DNA of 63,775 nt, filler included, from Neolecta irregularis DAH-3 (lineage: Eukaryota): assembly GCA_001929475.1 (NCBI GenBank). It is 5 parts of 5 records of this genome, joined end to end, with 100 filler letters (N's around TTAATTAATTAA, not from the genome) between each part and the next. Parts side by side here need not be neighbours in the genome. Positions count along the whole stretch, not along the records: positions 1 to 30,340 come from LXFE01000141.1; positions 30,441 to 58,894 come from LXFE01000146.1; 3 more parts are not named here. One strand, 5' to 3'. Shown piece by piece: positions 25,888 through 37,908 of the stretch; position 1 is the stretch's first letter; every line of letters starts with the position of its first letter. Under the pieces are notes generated by a model, which worked only from the letters and a program-made list of their open reading frames with translations, made no database searches and was not told where the DNA came from. Both the position numbers and the translations under genes were made by a program.

Positions 25888-26978
25888 ATGGCTTTTTGGT
25901 ATGTAAGATATGGATTGGGAGTCTGACAGGAGGTTATATCAATCTGGCAATCGGTAATCAGCATCGGCAATATGCTATTTTGTACTCATTTGCAAGTCTT
26001 TTGCTTAAGTGACACTGGTATGAGGGTTCAGGGTCGCCTCCCTGCCCGGCCCCGCCATCGCCGCCCCGCACGCTGCTGCAGAACCCGCCTTCGCGAACGC
26101 CCAGAACGGAGACCCTGGGCTCATCGAAACCTCCTTCGCCCCTGGGCTGGCTCCCGACGCCTCTCCTGCATTGCTGTGCTCTGCCTCGCTGGCCTCCTTT
26201 CTACCCTCCCATCACCGTCCTCAGTCGTACTCCACTTCCTCGCCTATCTCCCCATCCGCCCGCTCGTCCACGGCGCCTTCTTCCGCGTCCTCCTCGCCTC
26301 TGCTCACGGCGTCGCCCTCGACCTGTTCTGCTGCCCCGGCCGCGACCTCCTTGCGGAGATCGCCCACGCTCTCGTTTTCCTTGCCTGCAGAAAGTCCTTT
26401 ATGCAACCTAAGATAAAAGTCATGGATCGAAAGGCTAGACTTCGAACTAGCCCAGGCGTAAGCGTACCAGGGCGAACTGGATCGCGTGGAACAGCAGAAG
26501 TCTCATTCGAAATGTGCTGGGATCTGTCCGTGGAAACGATAGCCTCCCTCCTCGAATCGCAACGTGAAGTAAGGCGTTCAAGGGGGGAAGCTCAACCAAG
26601 GGTTTTGTATTTCCCTTTCAACTCGAAGAAATTGACGTCTATCATCGTGTCAGAAAAAGAAAAAGATAAAGATAAAAATAATTCTATTAGCTCTCTGTTG
26701 TATTATGTATATAAACCGGCCCTTAGGTAGAAAATAATTATCTCTTTTTACTCAAAACTCGTAGTCGTCGTTGAGTTCTCCCCCATGCTGCCCCCAAGAC
26801 CTTGAGACACTCTTGGGCTTCGCAGGGTCAAGTTTTTGCAAGTACTGATACGATTTGGGGCGTGCCTAGCAAGTGTAACAAAACACACACAAAAAGAATA
26901 AAGAGGGGGATATATACAAACTTTGTATCTGAGTACATAAGTTTTCATCTACCGCGGACTGCGAGCACAGAAGCTCCC

Positions 26979-27173
26979 TGTAAGGGTATACCCGGATATT
27001 ACCCGGGATATACCCATACCAACACAGTAGGTGGCGGATAAGGTATAAGGGACATTAGATAGAAATGTATATAAAGGCTGCGCTCATATATCTTAGTCTA
27101 AGCTCACACGCCTACAAGCTTAGATTAAGGAAATATTACCTGATCTTATTGTACTCGAGCCTCAACACTTACA
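26979..27173 (+). mobile_element. Intact solo LTR (195 bp)
   Basis: TGTAAG...CTTACA inverted termini, internal TATATAAAGG, perfect 5 bp TSD CTCCC (26974-26978 and 27174-27178). Confidence 0.92.
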
Positions 27174-27471
27174 CTCCCCGAACATCGGTTAATCGACCAT
27201 ACGAAAGATAGTCGATTACAACGGGCTTGGGAGTAACAAACTGGAATAATAGAAGATAAATTGCAGTCAAAGTCGACATCACGGGCTTGGAGAAAGAATA
27301 TTATGCTTCTAGATTTGTGTTTTGGCATCTAATGTTGTTTCATTCAACTCATGTTTTCTATATGGGAATGCTAGTGGCCGGTGCTATATTTTGGGTTAAA
27401 CCCCATAGGCAATAATCTGAAAGCTGAATTTGGGGCACAAGATGATTGCAGAGGGTTATGCCTCATGAGAC

Positions 27472-27882
27472 CAGTGTTGGGGACTGGCCATAAAAAGCCT
27501 GGCCCATGGGCTTTTCTGAGGGTCTGGGTCTAACATGTGACAACCATTTTGGGTGGCGGGGTACAGGGCAGTGATGGGCAGGGCAGGAATATGTTACAAA
27601 GCAAGTCTAAATTGCTATATTATGTATATAATTCTTTATATTTATCGCGAGGCTGGAGAGGCGCGAGAAGCAGGTGAGATGGGAGAGGCGGGCAAGATGG
27701 GCTGGTGAGGCGGGCAGACGAGGCGGGTAGGAAGGCGGATAGGAAGGAGACATAAGATGAGAAGGGCTACAGAGTATTATTTAATATCACGTGACAAAGC
27801 CCGTTTCGGCCCATGGGCTTAGTCCATGGGCTAAGCCCGCGGGCTTTTCATGGGCTAAGCCCATGGCCCGTCCCCAACACTA
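27472..27882 (+). mobile_element. hAT-type MITE (411 bp), CCCATGGG family
   Basis: TIRs CAGTGTTGGGGACTGGCCA and TGGCCCGTCCCCAACACTA; perfect 8 bp TSD CATGAGAC (27464-27471 and 27883-27890); subterminal GCCCATGGGC repeats. Confidence 0.93.
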
Positions 27883-28168
27883 CATGAGACGTCTGGATGC
27901 AACCCGACGAATGAATGCTTGCTGGTGAATACGCAGAGAATATGGGGAGTATATGCATGCTATAGGCGATAACCGGAGGAAAACGTGTACCTTCCACAAA
28001 GCCACGCTCCAAACTCTTCCAGTTGTGAGCCGAACTCGAGGGGCTGAGACGCAGCAGCCCCAGCGCACCTGATAAAGCCACATGACGCAGTATCGGCCTC
28101 ACCTCTGCGCGCACGCCGCTGTTTAAGACCGGTGGTCCCCCGCGGTTCTCTTCTGCAACACTATTCTC

Positions 28169-29852
28169 ATGTCTACTTCCGACTCTGCAACTCTCCACTT
28201 TCCAGATGGCAGGTCTGTCATTGTTCCTACTGGCCTTTTCATCAATGGCCAGTTCGTCAGAGGCAAGGCCGGGAAACAGTTTGATGTCATAAATCCTACG
28301 TATCTCCACATCACAACACCTCCTGCTGATGGCAAAGCAACGAAAAGCGTATCTGTAGCGTCCACGAAGCACTTGAGGAGGACGTTGATATTGCAGTCGA
28401 AGCTGCTCGGAAGGCATTCGACACAGTCTGGAAGACCACTGCTTCTACTGAGCGGGGAAAGCTGCTTTCTAAATTGGCCAATATGATGGAGGAGCACCTA
28501 GACACACTTGCTGCTATTGAAGCCCTCGATAACGGGAAGGCATTTAGCATGGCGAAGATGGATGTGGGCCTTTCTCTTGAATGCATACGATATTACGCAG
28601 GATGGGCAGATGTATGCTCATGTTGCAGAAAACGTTCTAATTCCTGCTTAGAAAATTCACGGAAAGACGATGGATACCAATGCTGGTCAATTTGCCTACA
28701 CTCGCCATGAACCAATCGGAGTTTGCGGTCAGATCATTCCGTGGAATTTCCCTCTTCTCATGTTCTCCTGGAAGCTTGGACCTGCCTTGGCTACCGGAAA
28801 TACTGTTATTCTCAAGACTGCGGAACAGACTCCCCTTTCCGCTCTGTATATGGCTACTCTTATTCAGAAGGTCGGAATCCCTCCAGGCGTTGTGAATGTG
28901 CTCTCCGGATATGGAAAGACTGCTGGTGCTGCAATTGCTTCGCATATGAAAATCGACAAGGTTGCTTTCACTGGAAGCACCTTGGTTGGCCGATCGATCA
29001 TGAAGGCTGCCGCCTCTAGCAACTTGAAGAAAGTCACACTAGAACTCGGTGGAAAATCGCCAAATATTGTTTTTGATGATGCGGATATCGAACAAGCCGT
29101 TGCTTGGTGCAACTTCGGAATCTACTTCAATCATGGACAGTGTTGCTGCGCTGGTTCACGTAGGGGTTGTGCTACGAGATATGGCTTAGGTGACTAGGGA
29201 TTTATGTTCAGGAAGGAATCTACGATAAGTTTGTGGAAGCTTTCAAGGCTCGTGTTGCAAAAAATGTTGTCGGAGATCCATTCAAAGAGGATACATTCCA
29301 AGGTCCTCAAGTTTCTCAGCTTCAGTTCACCAGGTATATAGCTTCTGGCATATATCGCAAATTGATTTCCAGAATTATGGACTATATTAAATCTGGAAAG
29401 GAAGAAGGGGCCAAAATCGAGCTGGGCGGTGAACGACATGGAAAAGAAGGCTACTTTATCCAACCCACAGTACGCTTCCCACTTTGCTATCACTGACCAA
29501 GATTTTTTCCAACGTCAAACCAGATATGAAAATAATGCAAGAGGAAATTTTTGGCCCGGTTTGCGCGATTGCTAAATTTAAAGACGAAGCAGATGTTCTC
29601 CAGAAGGCGCATGATACAATCTACGGCCTAGCCGCCGCCATCCACACCAAAGATCTTGCTCGAGCGATCAATGTGTCCAACGCTCTACAAGCTGGCACTG
29701 TCTGGGTTAACTGTTATAATATGCTCAGTCACCAAGTCCCCTTTGGTGGGTACAAACAATCCGGCTTTGGACGAGAATTGGGCAAGTATGCGATTTCCAA
29801 TTACACGAATATCAAAGCTGTCAACATCAACCTCGGCATAGAAATGCAGTAA
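28169..29852 (+). CDS. Aldehyde dehydrogenase (ALDH1/2, aldA-like), 6 exons
   Basis: [83 protein letters not shown]. Confidence 0.97.
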
Positions 29853-29994
29853 TTATCTGATAGATCTTCATTTCTATGCTTTCCCCTAGAGTTACCAAGT
29901 GGGATTATATTACATTGATATCAGTTCTTGTATTTCATATGAATTTGATCCTTGATCCTTGCTTGTCTTGTGTGGTGTGCTTTCCAACCACTTT

Positions 29995-30340
29995 TTCAGC
30001 CCGATTTGACGGGCGGGAGACGGGAGACGGGCGTGAGGCGGGCGGGACGGGGTGCGCGCACTGCCTGCCGCTGGGGTTCTTTGTGTAAGCGCTTCCAGGG
30101 TTTGCATGGCCGAACCAGCACGCGGCAGCGTTGGGAGCAGTGGCAGGGCACCGGCAGCGGCAGCGATTGCGGGTGCGGAGCTAGGTGTAAGCTTAACGCC
30201 AGAAGTTACAAATAAGACCAGGATATATTTCTAGCCTAAGTGTTGTAACTCCGTACAAGGACATACCTAGCCTAAGGTAGGGTTTGGTTCGCGCTAAATT
30301 TCGTAAAATGTGGCTTTTAACAAATTGTAATTTCAAGCGC
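29995..30340. mobile_element. Cluster of TE fragments: hAT right end, LTR fragment and Harbinger-like end
   Basis: GCGGG repeats ending GCGCACTG at 30063; TGTAAG...TACAAATAAGACCAGGATATATTTC from 30186 resembles the solo-LTR family; GGGTTTGGTTCGCG near 30280 runs into the gap. Confidence 0.55.
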
Positions 30341-30440
30341 NNNNNNNNNNNNNNNNNNNNNNNNNNNNNNNNNNNNNNNNNNNNTTAATTAATTAANNNN
30401 NNNNNNNNNNNNNNNNNNNNNNNNNNNNNNNNNNNNNNNN
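30341..30440. other. Assembly gap with artificial TTAATTAATTAA linker (same at 58895-58994, 61090-61189, 62250-62349)
   Basis: Identical 100 nt N-linker-N structure at four sites; the linker places stop codons in all frames. Confidence 0.95.
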
Positions 30441-30788
30441 GGTAGCCTAATATCGTGTTCATATAATCACGACGTTCTTGACTCGCCACGATAACGTAAA
30501 TATGCTCGAATCCAAGCTTATCTTGATTTAGGCTCTGATCATCGACAACTACGGATTTCCAATTTTTAGGCCCTAGTTGTCGTGGTCTGAATATGACGAT
30601 AAGAGTAGGGATCATGACCCTGGCTTTTTAGTGCAACTCTTTACAAGATTTTCTTACATTACGATCAAAAGAAACAAGCCTAAAAGACTGAATATTATTC
30701 GTTTCTTCTTGTTAAGACGTGGTTTTGAAGATGGTTTCTCGTCATATTGAGAAACTTCAGCTCCTTGATTCAAGCTAGTGCTGTTCAT
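30441..30788 (-). CDS. Glycosyltransferase family 25-like type II membrane protein, 5' part only (truncated by gap)
   Basis: MNSTSLNQ...KKKRIIFSLLGLFLLI transmembrane segment, then KLGFEHIYVIVASQERRDYM, resembling the fungal GT25 start LGF.KI.VI....R.DRRD.M. Confidence 0.7.
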
Positions 30789-31496
30789 GTCGAACTTTCA
30801 GTGTGACCAGTCAAGGGACAACGGCTGCCTTTAAATTGATAAAACAGAGTGAGACATTTAAATTTAGATGAGACATTGGTATATTACTAAGACATTTCTT
30901 TGCGTAGTTTCAGTTGACATCCCACACCGAGGACCACAAGGCAAAATCACCATGACCCGGCATAGCAACATTGTAAACGCACAAGGCCAACTGCAATAGG
31001 GTATAGTAGAAAGAAGGGTAGATTCCTAATTCAGTTAAACAAGCAATAGCAAAACAAATAGGATAAGCTCAGGTACGATGAAGTCAAATATTTGGGTCAA
31101 CTTGAGCTCAGTATGGATGCAAAATTGGATTCTCTTTACTTCTCTATCCAGTCCTCCTTAAGCAAGAAAGTAATTATTGGTATGCAAGTATGGCGGCTGT
31201 CCCAATATTTATAAAACGGATGCCGGTTTCTTATTTACTGAATATAGACGAAAGAGAGACCAACAGTAGGCCTTGTCATCGAGTTATGAGTCTCACCTAC
31301 CAGTTTGTATATACGAATCTATGAAATTCGAATTACCATTCTCAAAATGTCAAGATAACACTTTTAATCACATCAGGGATTTGTTTGTAGACGTCTCTAG
31401 CATCTCACTGTGACTGTCAGCTTCTTTGATATTCCCAGTTTTCGGTTTACAACCTCTTCAAGGACAGAAATCTGTTAGATATCCCTTGTGTGTCAA

Positions 31497-33489
31497 ATGC
31501 CTGTACAAAGATCCAATAGCTTTCCCACTATCCCCACAAATCCTCCCTCAATACTTTGCTTAGACTCTTCAAAGGAAAAAATTCTTCTCGGCTCCTCAGT
31601 TATATCACCCCAATCAGAAAATCCCTTTCTCTCGCCAAAGGATGCACCCCAATCCCGTCAAATCTTCCCTCAACAGTCTTTACCACACTCTTCAGCATCG
31701 AACACCACATCATCCTTTACAAGTCCACTCAATATCTTCCAGTCATTTTCCCAACAAAAAAGATCAAGTTCGATATCTTACTACTGGTTCCCGTCAACCC
31801 AGACTATTACAAAAAAATTCACAATAATTCCTCACGCTGGGTTGTTATCAGATCCAAAAGATGCCGAACCAGATGATGCAATGCATAATCCCTCAGTCGA
31901 CAAAATCTCTCAAGAATGCAATATCTGGACACAACGAGGATTCGTCAATACTGGCGGATTGCTACTCATTGCGAGCGGTTTAATCATTATGTTTGTCGTA
32001 TATCCCATTTTTTCAATAACTGCAAAACCAATCCATCCAGCTTGTGATTCTCGCTGGGACTGTGTTTCAAATGCGCCAGAGTATTCCACTTTGAAAGGTT
32101 TTCGAAGAAATCTCGTGGATCCTGATACCCCAACAAGCGCATGGACAAAAACCGCCCATGATGGCTCGAAATACAAGTTGGTATTTTCAGACGAATTTAA
32201 TCAAAATGGAAGGACATTTTATCCTGTAATACCCATCCACTTTAATAATTAACTTTGCAGGGCGAAGATCAGTTTTGGTATCCATAAGAAAAGGTTGGAC
32301 TGACGTTCAGGGAAGCAGTAGATTTATGGTACTGGCCTACTCAAGACCTCCAATGGTACGATCCAGATGCGATCACAACAAAAGATGGATTCCTCCAAAT
32401 TCAACTGGATGCTTTTAAAAATCACAATTTATCATACCGGAGCGGAATGTTACAGAGTTGGAACAAGTTTTGCTTCAAAGGTGGTATTATTGAAGGTATA
32501 TCAGCCTGTTATTTAGTACTGAGCAACAGCATCAATTTCATTACCTGGTTCAGGAAATGTTTCCGGTTTATGGCCCGGTTTCTGGACAATGGGAAATCTC
32601 GGTCGTCCAGGGTACCTTTTTCACCTTCGTCTTGGGAAATAATGCAAAGTTACGGAGCAACAAATGAGGGAATGTGGCCTTACAGCTACCAAGAATGCGA
32701 TACTGGAATAACACCAAATCAATCTCGCTCGGACGGTCTCAATTTACTACCTGGAATGCGTCTTCCAAGTTGTACTTGTTCAGAACAAGATCACCCCTCC
32801 CCAGGAAAAGGACGTTCTGCACCTGAAATCGATGTTGTCGAAGCTTCAGTTGATCCGACCCTCTTACTTGGAACTGTCTCTCAATCAAACCAAATTGCCC
32901 CATTTGACGATTACTATATGCCTAATTACGATTACTGTGCCGTATATAATCCCAATCTCACCATGATCAATAAATACCGAGGAAGCCATTTTCAACAAGC
33001 AATGTCTGGTCAAACACTACTCAACAACGATTGGTACGATGGAAAAGCTTATCAATCATACGGCTTCGAATATCAACCTGGAAAGAACGGATTCATAGAA
33101 TGGTTCATAGGTGATTATAAAACATGGATGATGACCGCAGATTCAATCGGACCAAACGGGAATATAGGACAAAGAACAATAACTGAAGAACCAATGAGTA
33201 TAATTTTCAATCTTGGCCTTTCAAATTCATTTTCGTATATCGACTGGGAAAATTTGGGGGGCAGCGCGACCATGAGAATTAATTGGATACGCATTTATCA
33301 GGATTCGCAGGTAACTACTTGTGATCCCGAAGGGTGGCCTACGTCCGAGTACATTTCCAAGTATATCTGATCTTGATCATTTTTAACGTGGATAGTCATC
33401 TTGAGGCTTATATGAATGCAAATTGGACTACATGGGAAGCAGCGGGATATACAAGACCAAAAAATAGCTTGATGGATGGATGTCATTAA
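31497..33489 (+). CDS. KRE6: Beta-1,6-glucan synthesis-associated GH16 protein, KRE6/SKN1 family (6 exons, one 17 nt micro-exon)
   Basis: RGFVNTGGL transmembrane segment, [68 protein letters not shown]. Confidence 0.93.
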
Positions 33490-33557
33490 GCATTTTCTCT
33501 TCAACGGTATTGCTATTGCGCTCTTATCTTAAATATTACTCTATTTTCTTCTCTGCA

Positions 33558-33747
33558 TGTGGTTAACCCTGGCATATTAATAAGTCTATATTGTGTTTGC
33601 TAACCTAAGTGATGGGTGCGTCTACAGGGGGCATACCTAGCCTAAATATTCGTACTTGACTAGGAATATCTAACTTTCGCCTTTATATACTTCCCGTCAA
33701 GCCACCTTGCCGTATTGGTAAGATATACCTTTGGGTATATCCTGCCA
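33558..33747 (-). mobile_element. Diverged solo LTR (190 bp)
   Basis: TG...CA termini; shares GCCTTTATATAC, GCCACCTTGCCGTATTGGTA and GGGTATATCC with the 26979 family; flanks CTGCA/GTGCA (4/5 TSD). Confidence 0.7.
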
Positions 33748-35236
33748 GTGCATAAACCGAATCAACAGGTTCAGTCCAAAATCAGCGACTTTAGACTGAC
33801 AAATAGACAACATTGTATCCATCCCCTGCGGAACAATCCTTGAATGCTTTGCAAGTTGAGCAAATAACTGGAATCGGCCACCGTCATTGAAGATCCTGCG
33901 AGATCATCTCCTGCATGCCTCGAAGCTGGCCGTGAGGGACATAAAGCAAATGCGTTCTTTGACTACCTCCAGTCGGCTTTTCAACAAGAATGGGCCATGT
34001 TTATGGGATTTATTACATGGCAAAGGCCTTTTCGAAGGAAAGAATACGCCAAAGTTGCCTTCCCAAATCTCAATCGAGGGTCCTTTCTCGCACATAACCA
34101 CACTCTTAATGAACTCATGCTTCGTCTTTCAAAGTCGTTATTAGTGAGAATACATGTTGCGCTAGTCGAGAATGGAAAATGGATAGGGTATTCATGAGCA
34201 CTTCGCGTTTCCATGCGACCGCGGAAATCGCGGCGTCCCGGAGCTGATTCCCGCAAATCAAAAATCATTGAGCTTCCAGCTGAGATCTTTGAGGTCGATT
34301 GGACGCAAGCGAATTTCTCGCACAGAAAGTTCTTTCGCCGTTAATTCGAAAAAGTCTCAAAGAACCATTTGATATCTCGCTAATCAAATTGTGTGTCCAT
34401 AGTTTTGAGAAAGAGCGAGAGGTTGGGATAAACTCATTCCTTAAGAGAAAATGAGTTGAATTAAGCTTTCCCGTAGAGCTACCTTATCCAAGCAAACGAC
34501 CCGAGACAAGACACTAGTAGCGAGGACGACAATCTCATTTGATACTACAAATCCAACAGTCGTTATATGAGCGAAGCTGAAGAGATGAGAGAATATGAAA
34601 GTCTGGTCATTGAGCTTTATGATGACCTTCAGAATGTCCAAAGTTGTTCCAAATGCGGTAGAGAGATCTTTTTCTAGGCTCGAGCAGCTCATGAGCAGTG
34701 GCATGAGACCGAAGCCAATTGAGGATCTCTTCTGTAGAATTCCTTCCCAACCTTATATCCATGGCGTTGCGTTCATATTTCCTATATCGCGGTCCTCGTT
34801 ATCTTCTTTGTTCGACATACTGACTGGGAACTGATCTCATGTTTATGAAATCATCTTGCCTTTGGAGCTATTTTCAAAGCGCCGCCTCTCGACAGGCAGT
34901 CATCAAATTTCAATATTTTGTTAGAATATTGACCATGGAAATATGCCGAGAAACCGTTCCCGGAATTGCTATCCTCTCCGTCGAATTTAATTGGTACAGC
35001 AGAATTCACTTTTTGGATATTAGAATGAAAGCAAGTCAGTGCTGCCCGAATTAGACAAATTATCGATATAGGAATAAATGTTTGTAAATGACACGCCTCA
35101 TATCAACATAAAGCGTCTTGGAGTAACGATACGTCAATCATTTCAAGATGAGTCGGTTGAAAGACCAAATCTGAAGGTTCCTTTCGTGAAGAGGCGTCGC
35201 ATTCGGTTATCAAGTGTCATCAGACGTGGAAAGTAG

Positions 35237-36058
35237 ATGTTTCAGCCTGTGTTCAGAACTCCCGATGACTTCCGAAAATCCTCTACAGATCTTATTCATA
35301 GGCATAAGCGGCCCAACCTGCTCTGGAAAGTCAGTATGGATGTACCTAGCAGCATGAAAACTTACAGAAAGACCTTGTCTCATATACTGAAGAACGTTTT
35401 AGATTGTCGAATTCTCTATGAAGATGACTTCTACAAGGTTAAATATTGTTACAATCAAATCTCCTGAGAGAAATAGAATAGAAAGGATATTCCCATTGAT
35501 GAAGCGACAGGAGAAGAGAACTGGGATTCACAAGAATCACTAGACATTCCACGGTTCGTAATGGCATTAGAACATATACGACGAACAGGCTCCATACCAG
35601 AGAATCATAAATCGATCGAAGAACATCAGGAATACGAAATGTGCAATGTATCCGATGAACTAATTGAGGCACTGCGCCAAAAGCTGCCTTCGTACCATTC
35701 GTTTAAAATCGTTCTAATCGACGGCTTCTTACTATATCCAGTTTCAGAGATTCATGCCCAGCTCGATATTAAGCTTCTGCTAAATTCGTCCTATGAGACT
35801 GTCAAAAGGCGCAGGATGATGAGATCTGGATATCTTACTCAAACCAGTTATTGGGTTGATCCACCAAATTACTTTGATCGTGTATGTTGGCCATGGCATG
35901 TGAAGAATCACACCTCTTTATTCAAAGAAGGGAATATGGAAGGAGATGTTTTACCAAATTTTGGGATTCTGGTACAGCCAAGTGAAATGTCAAGCATGGA
36001 AGATATTCTAACTTGGGCCGTTGATGTTATTTCCAAGAGGTTGACTCCAGAATTCTAG
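35237..36058 (+). CDS. NRK1: Nicotinamide riboside kinase (4 exons)
   Basis: Spliced P-loop IGISGPTCSGKSTL, LYEDDFYK, NWDSQESLD, IDGFLLY, RRMMRSGYLTQTSYWVDPPNYFDRVCWP. Confidence 0.9.
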
Positions 36059-36355
36059 TCTTTCTAATAAAGTTATTGTCCGCAAGACTAGGGCTGTGTC
36101 AATCGGAAGTAGACCTGGCATCTGCTGTCTGGGTCATTATAATAGCATAATGAAAGCAATCGTGAGATCAGGTTTCCCATCTCTTGAGCTTGAAGGATCC
36201 AACGCATTTGCTAGTCAAGGGCATTCCAACAACACAGCCTACCCGCCTTGACTGTGCTACATACAATTATATTAAAAAGAACCAGGCTAGTTTAGAAAGC
36301 TCTTTGTGAAGGGCTGTTTTTGAGAGCCAGCAAATACCGAAAAGCTGGCTATTGC

Positions 36356-36916
36356 TTATTTGAGCAAATAATCATCACCTTCAATGTGATCGACACTGAA
36401 CCCCATACTAGCCAGAATCCTGTTCCGTTTCTTTTCTATCCTTGCCTTGGTAGCTTGATCGCGATTTTGTATAGCGAGAGCTTCTTTGGGATTGATTCTT
36501 CGTAATTTAGGCAATATTTCATCCGGCTTCAACAAGTCCTGAGATAATAAATTTGTGCCGGGCGATAGCCTTACCAACTCTCCTAATAGAACCACATTCT
36601 CTCCGCGAATTAAATAGATACCTTTTGCAATGTCGGCGTAGGTTGTTTCGGTATATAGACGTTCAATTGTATCTTGTAAAACCAGATTAGCTAGAATATG
36701 AACACTGCTTTCAAGATGAAGAAGAAGGTGTACCATATTGATCGTAAGATCTAAGAACTCCAAGCAATGTTTTCCCGTCTCGAAGAACTATGATTAACCT
36801 TTCTAAAGGTCAAGCGTCTTTGGAGAAAAGTACTTACTATCGACACAGTCCAGCAGAGATCCAGAGGTCGTAAAGAAGGTCAGTAGAGCGGGATCTGAAA
36901 TTTCCGGACTGCTCAT
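36356..36916 (-). CDS. LSM1: Sm-like protein Lsm1 (4 exons)
   Basis: FTTSGSLLDCVD...[29 protein letters not shown]...GIYLIRGENVVLLGELD. Confidence 0.95.
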
Positions 36917-37161
36917 GACATATGCTGATGATGTGGTGACGTTGGACTAGGCTAACCAGATTGTTGGTTCAACACCAAGGTATCTTACAAGTGCATGTTC
37001 AAAACTCTTCTAACAATTTTTTGCGTAACTAAGGACCAACTACTAAAGAAATACAAGGACTATGCTCGGTAGAGCCTGTCTGATTTCTGATAAACTGATC
37101 AGAATGGACATTTCCATAGGGTGGGGCATAATGTAGTATTTTTGACGTAACTTCGACTACA

Positions 37162-37908
37162 CTAAATTGATGTTTGAAGCACAAAGTTACCCTTGATAGG
37201 CACTGTTGACTGGTTAAACTTCATAAGACGCTTTGTCCACCGCCATCCAACTATTATTGCCCCCCAGAAAATACCAAAAGGACTCCAGGTTATCATTGTA
37301 CATAACCTGGAAGGTCGAATCCGACACACCCATTTCTCTATTTCAAGTTCTAGTTCCTTAACTGGAACTTCGTTCCAAATGACACTATCGCCAAGCAAAC
37401 ATTTTTCAGTGATGCTCATTTGACTTTTAATTCTTTGCTCGGCTTCTTCCTGCGATAATTGACTATCTCTGTGTCGAAGACGTCCGATTTGCGTTTCAGG
37501 TCGACATCCAACGACCACAACCAACCCGCAAAACATCCAGAGCGGCCCCTCAAGTAGCAAAGGTATATCCAGTACAATTATCCTCTCACAGCGGATCCAA
37601 TATCCGAAACACATCCAAGCAATTTCCTTGGCAACGGCTGGATGGGTGATTTCATTTAACACTTTTCGTTCTTTTGCGTTTGAAAAGACGATTCGCCCCA
37701 GCGCAGGACGATCTATTTGACCGTCCTGAAGAAGAATACTGGAACCAAAGTGTTTTACAATTTTTTGGTAGGCTGGTTTCCCTGGTTGTACAACTTCTCT
37801 TGCCAATACGTCTGCGTCGATGACTGGGATTTGGTGATTTTTAGAAAGAAGAGAGGAAACTGTGGATTTTCCCGTCGCTATCGACCCCGTTAATCCGACA
37901 ATTAGCAT
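37162..37908 (-). CDS. CAB5: Dephospho-CoA kinase
   Basis: MLIVGLTGSIATGKSTVS, IDADVLAREVVQPG, DRPALGRIVF, LNEITHPAV, VLDIPLLLE. Confidence 0.95.
   Translation of the reverse strand: MLIVGLTGSIATGKSTVSSLLSKNHQIPVIDADVLAREVVQPGKPAYQKIVKHFGSSILLQDGQIDRPALGRIVFSNAKERKVLNEITHPAVAKEIAWMCFGYWIRCERIIVLDIPLLLEGPLWMFCGLVVVVGCRPETQIGRLRHRDSQLSQEEAEQRIKSQMSITEKCLLGDSVIWNEVPVKELELEIEKWVCRIRPSRLCTMITWSPFGIFWGAIIVGWRWTKRLMKFNQSTVPIKGNFVLQTSI

Noticed and set aside
25972-26730. 252 aa ORF
   Set aside because: Spans a GC-rich low-complexity island and AT-rich flanks with no coherent composition or motif; probably spurious.
30385-30396. Recurring TTAATTAATTAA motif in the middle of N runs
   Set aside because: Identical placement in four 100 nt gaps marks it as an artificial scaffolding linker, not biology.
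35325-35375. Apparently defective NRK1 P-loop (GKK)
   Set aside because: Using the GTATGG donor and the AAG acceptor gives the normal GKST.
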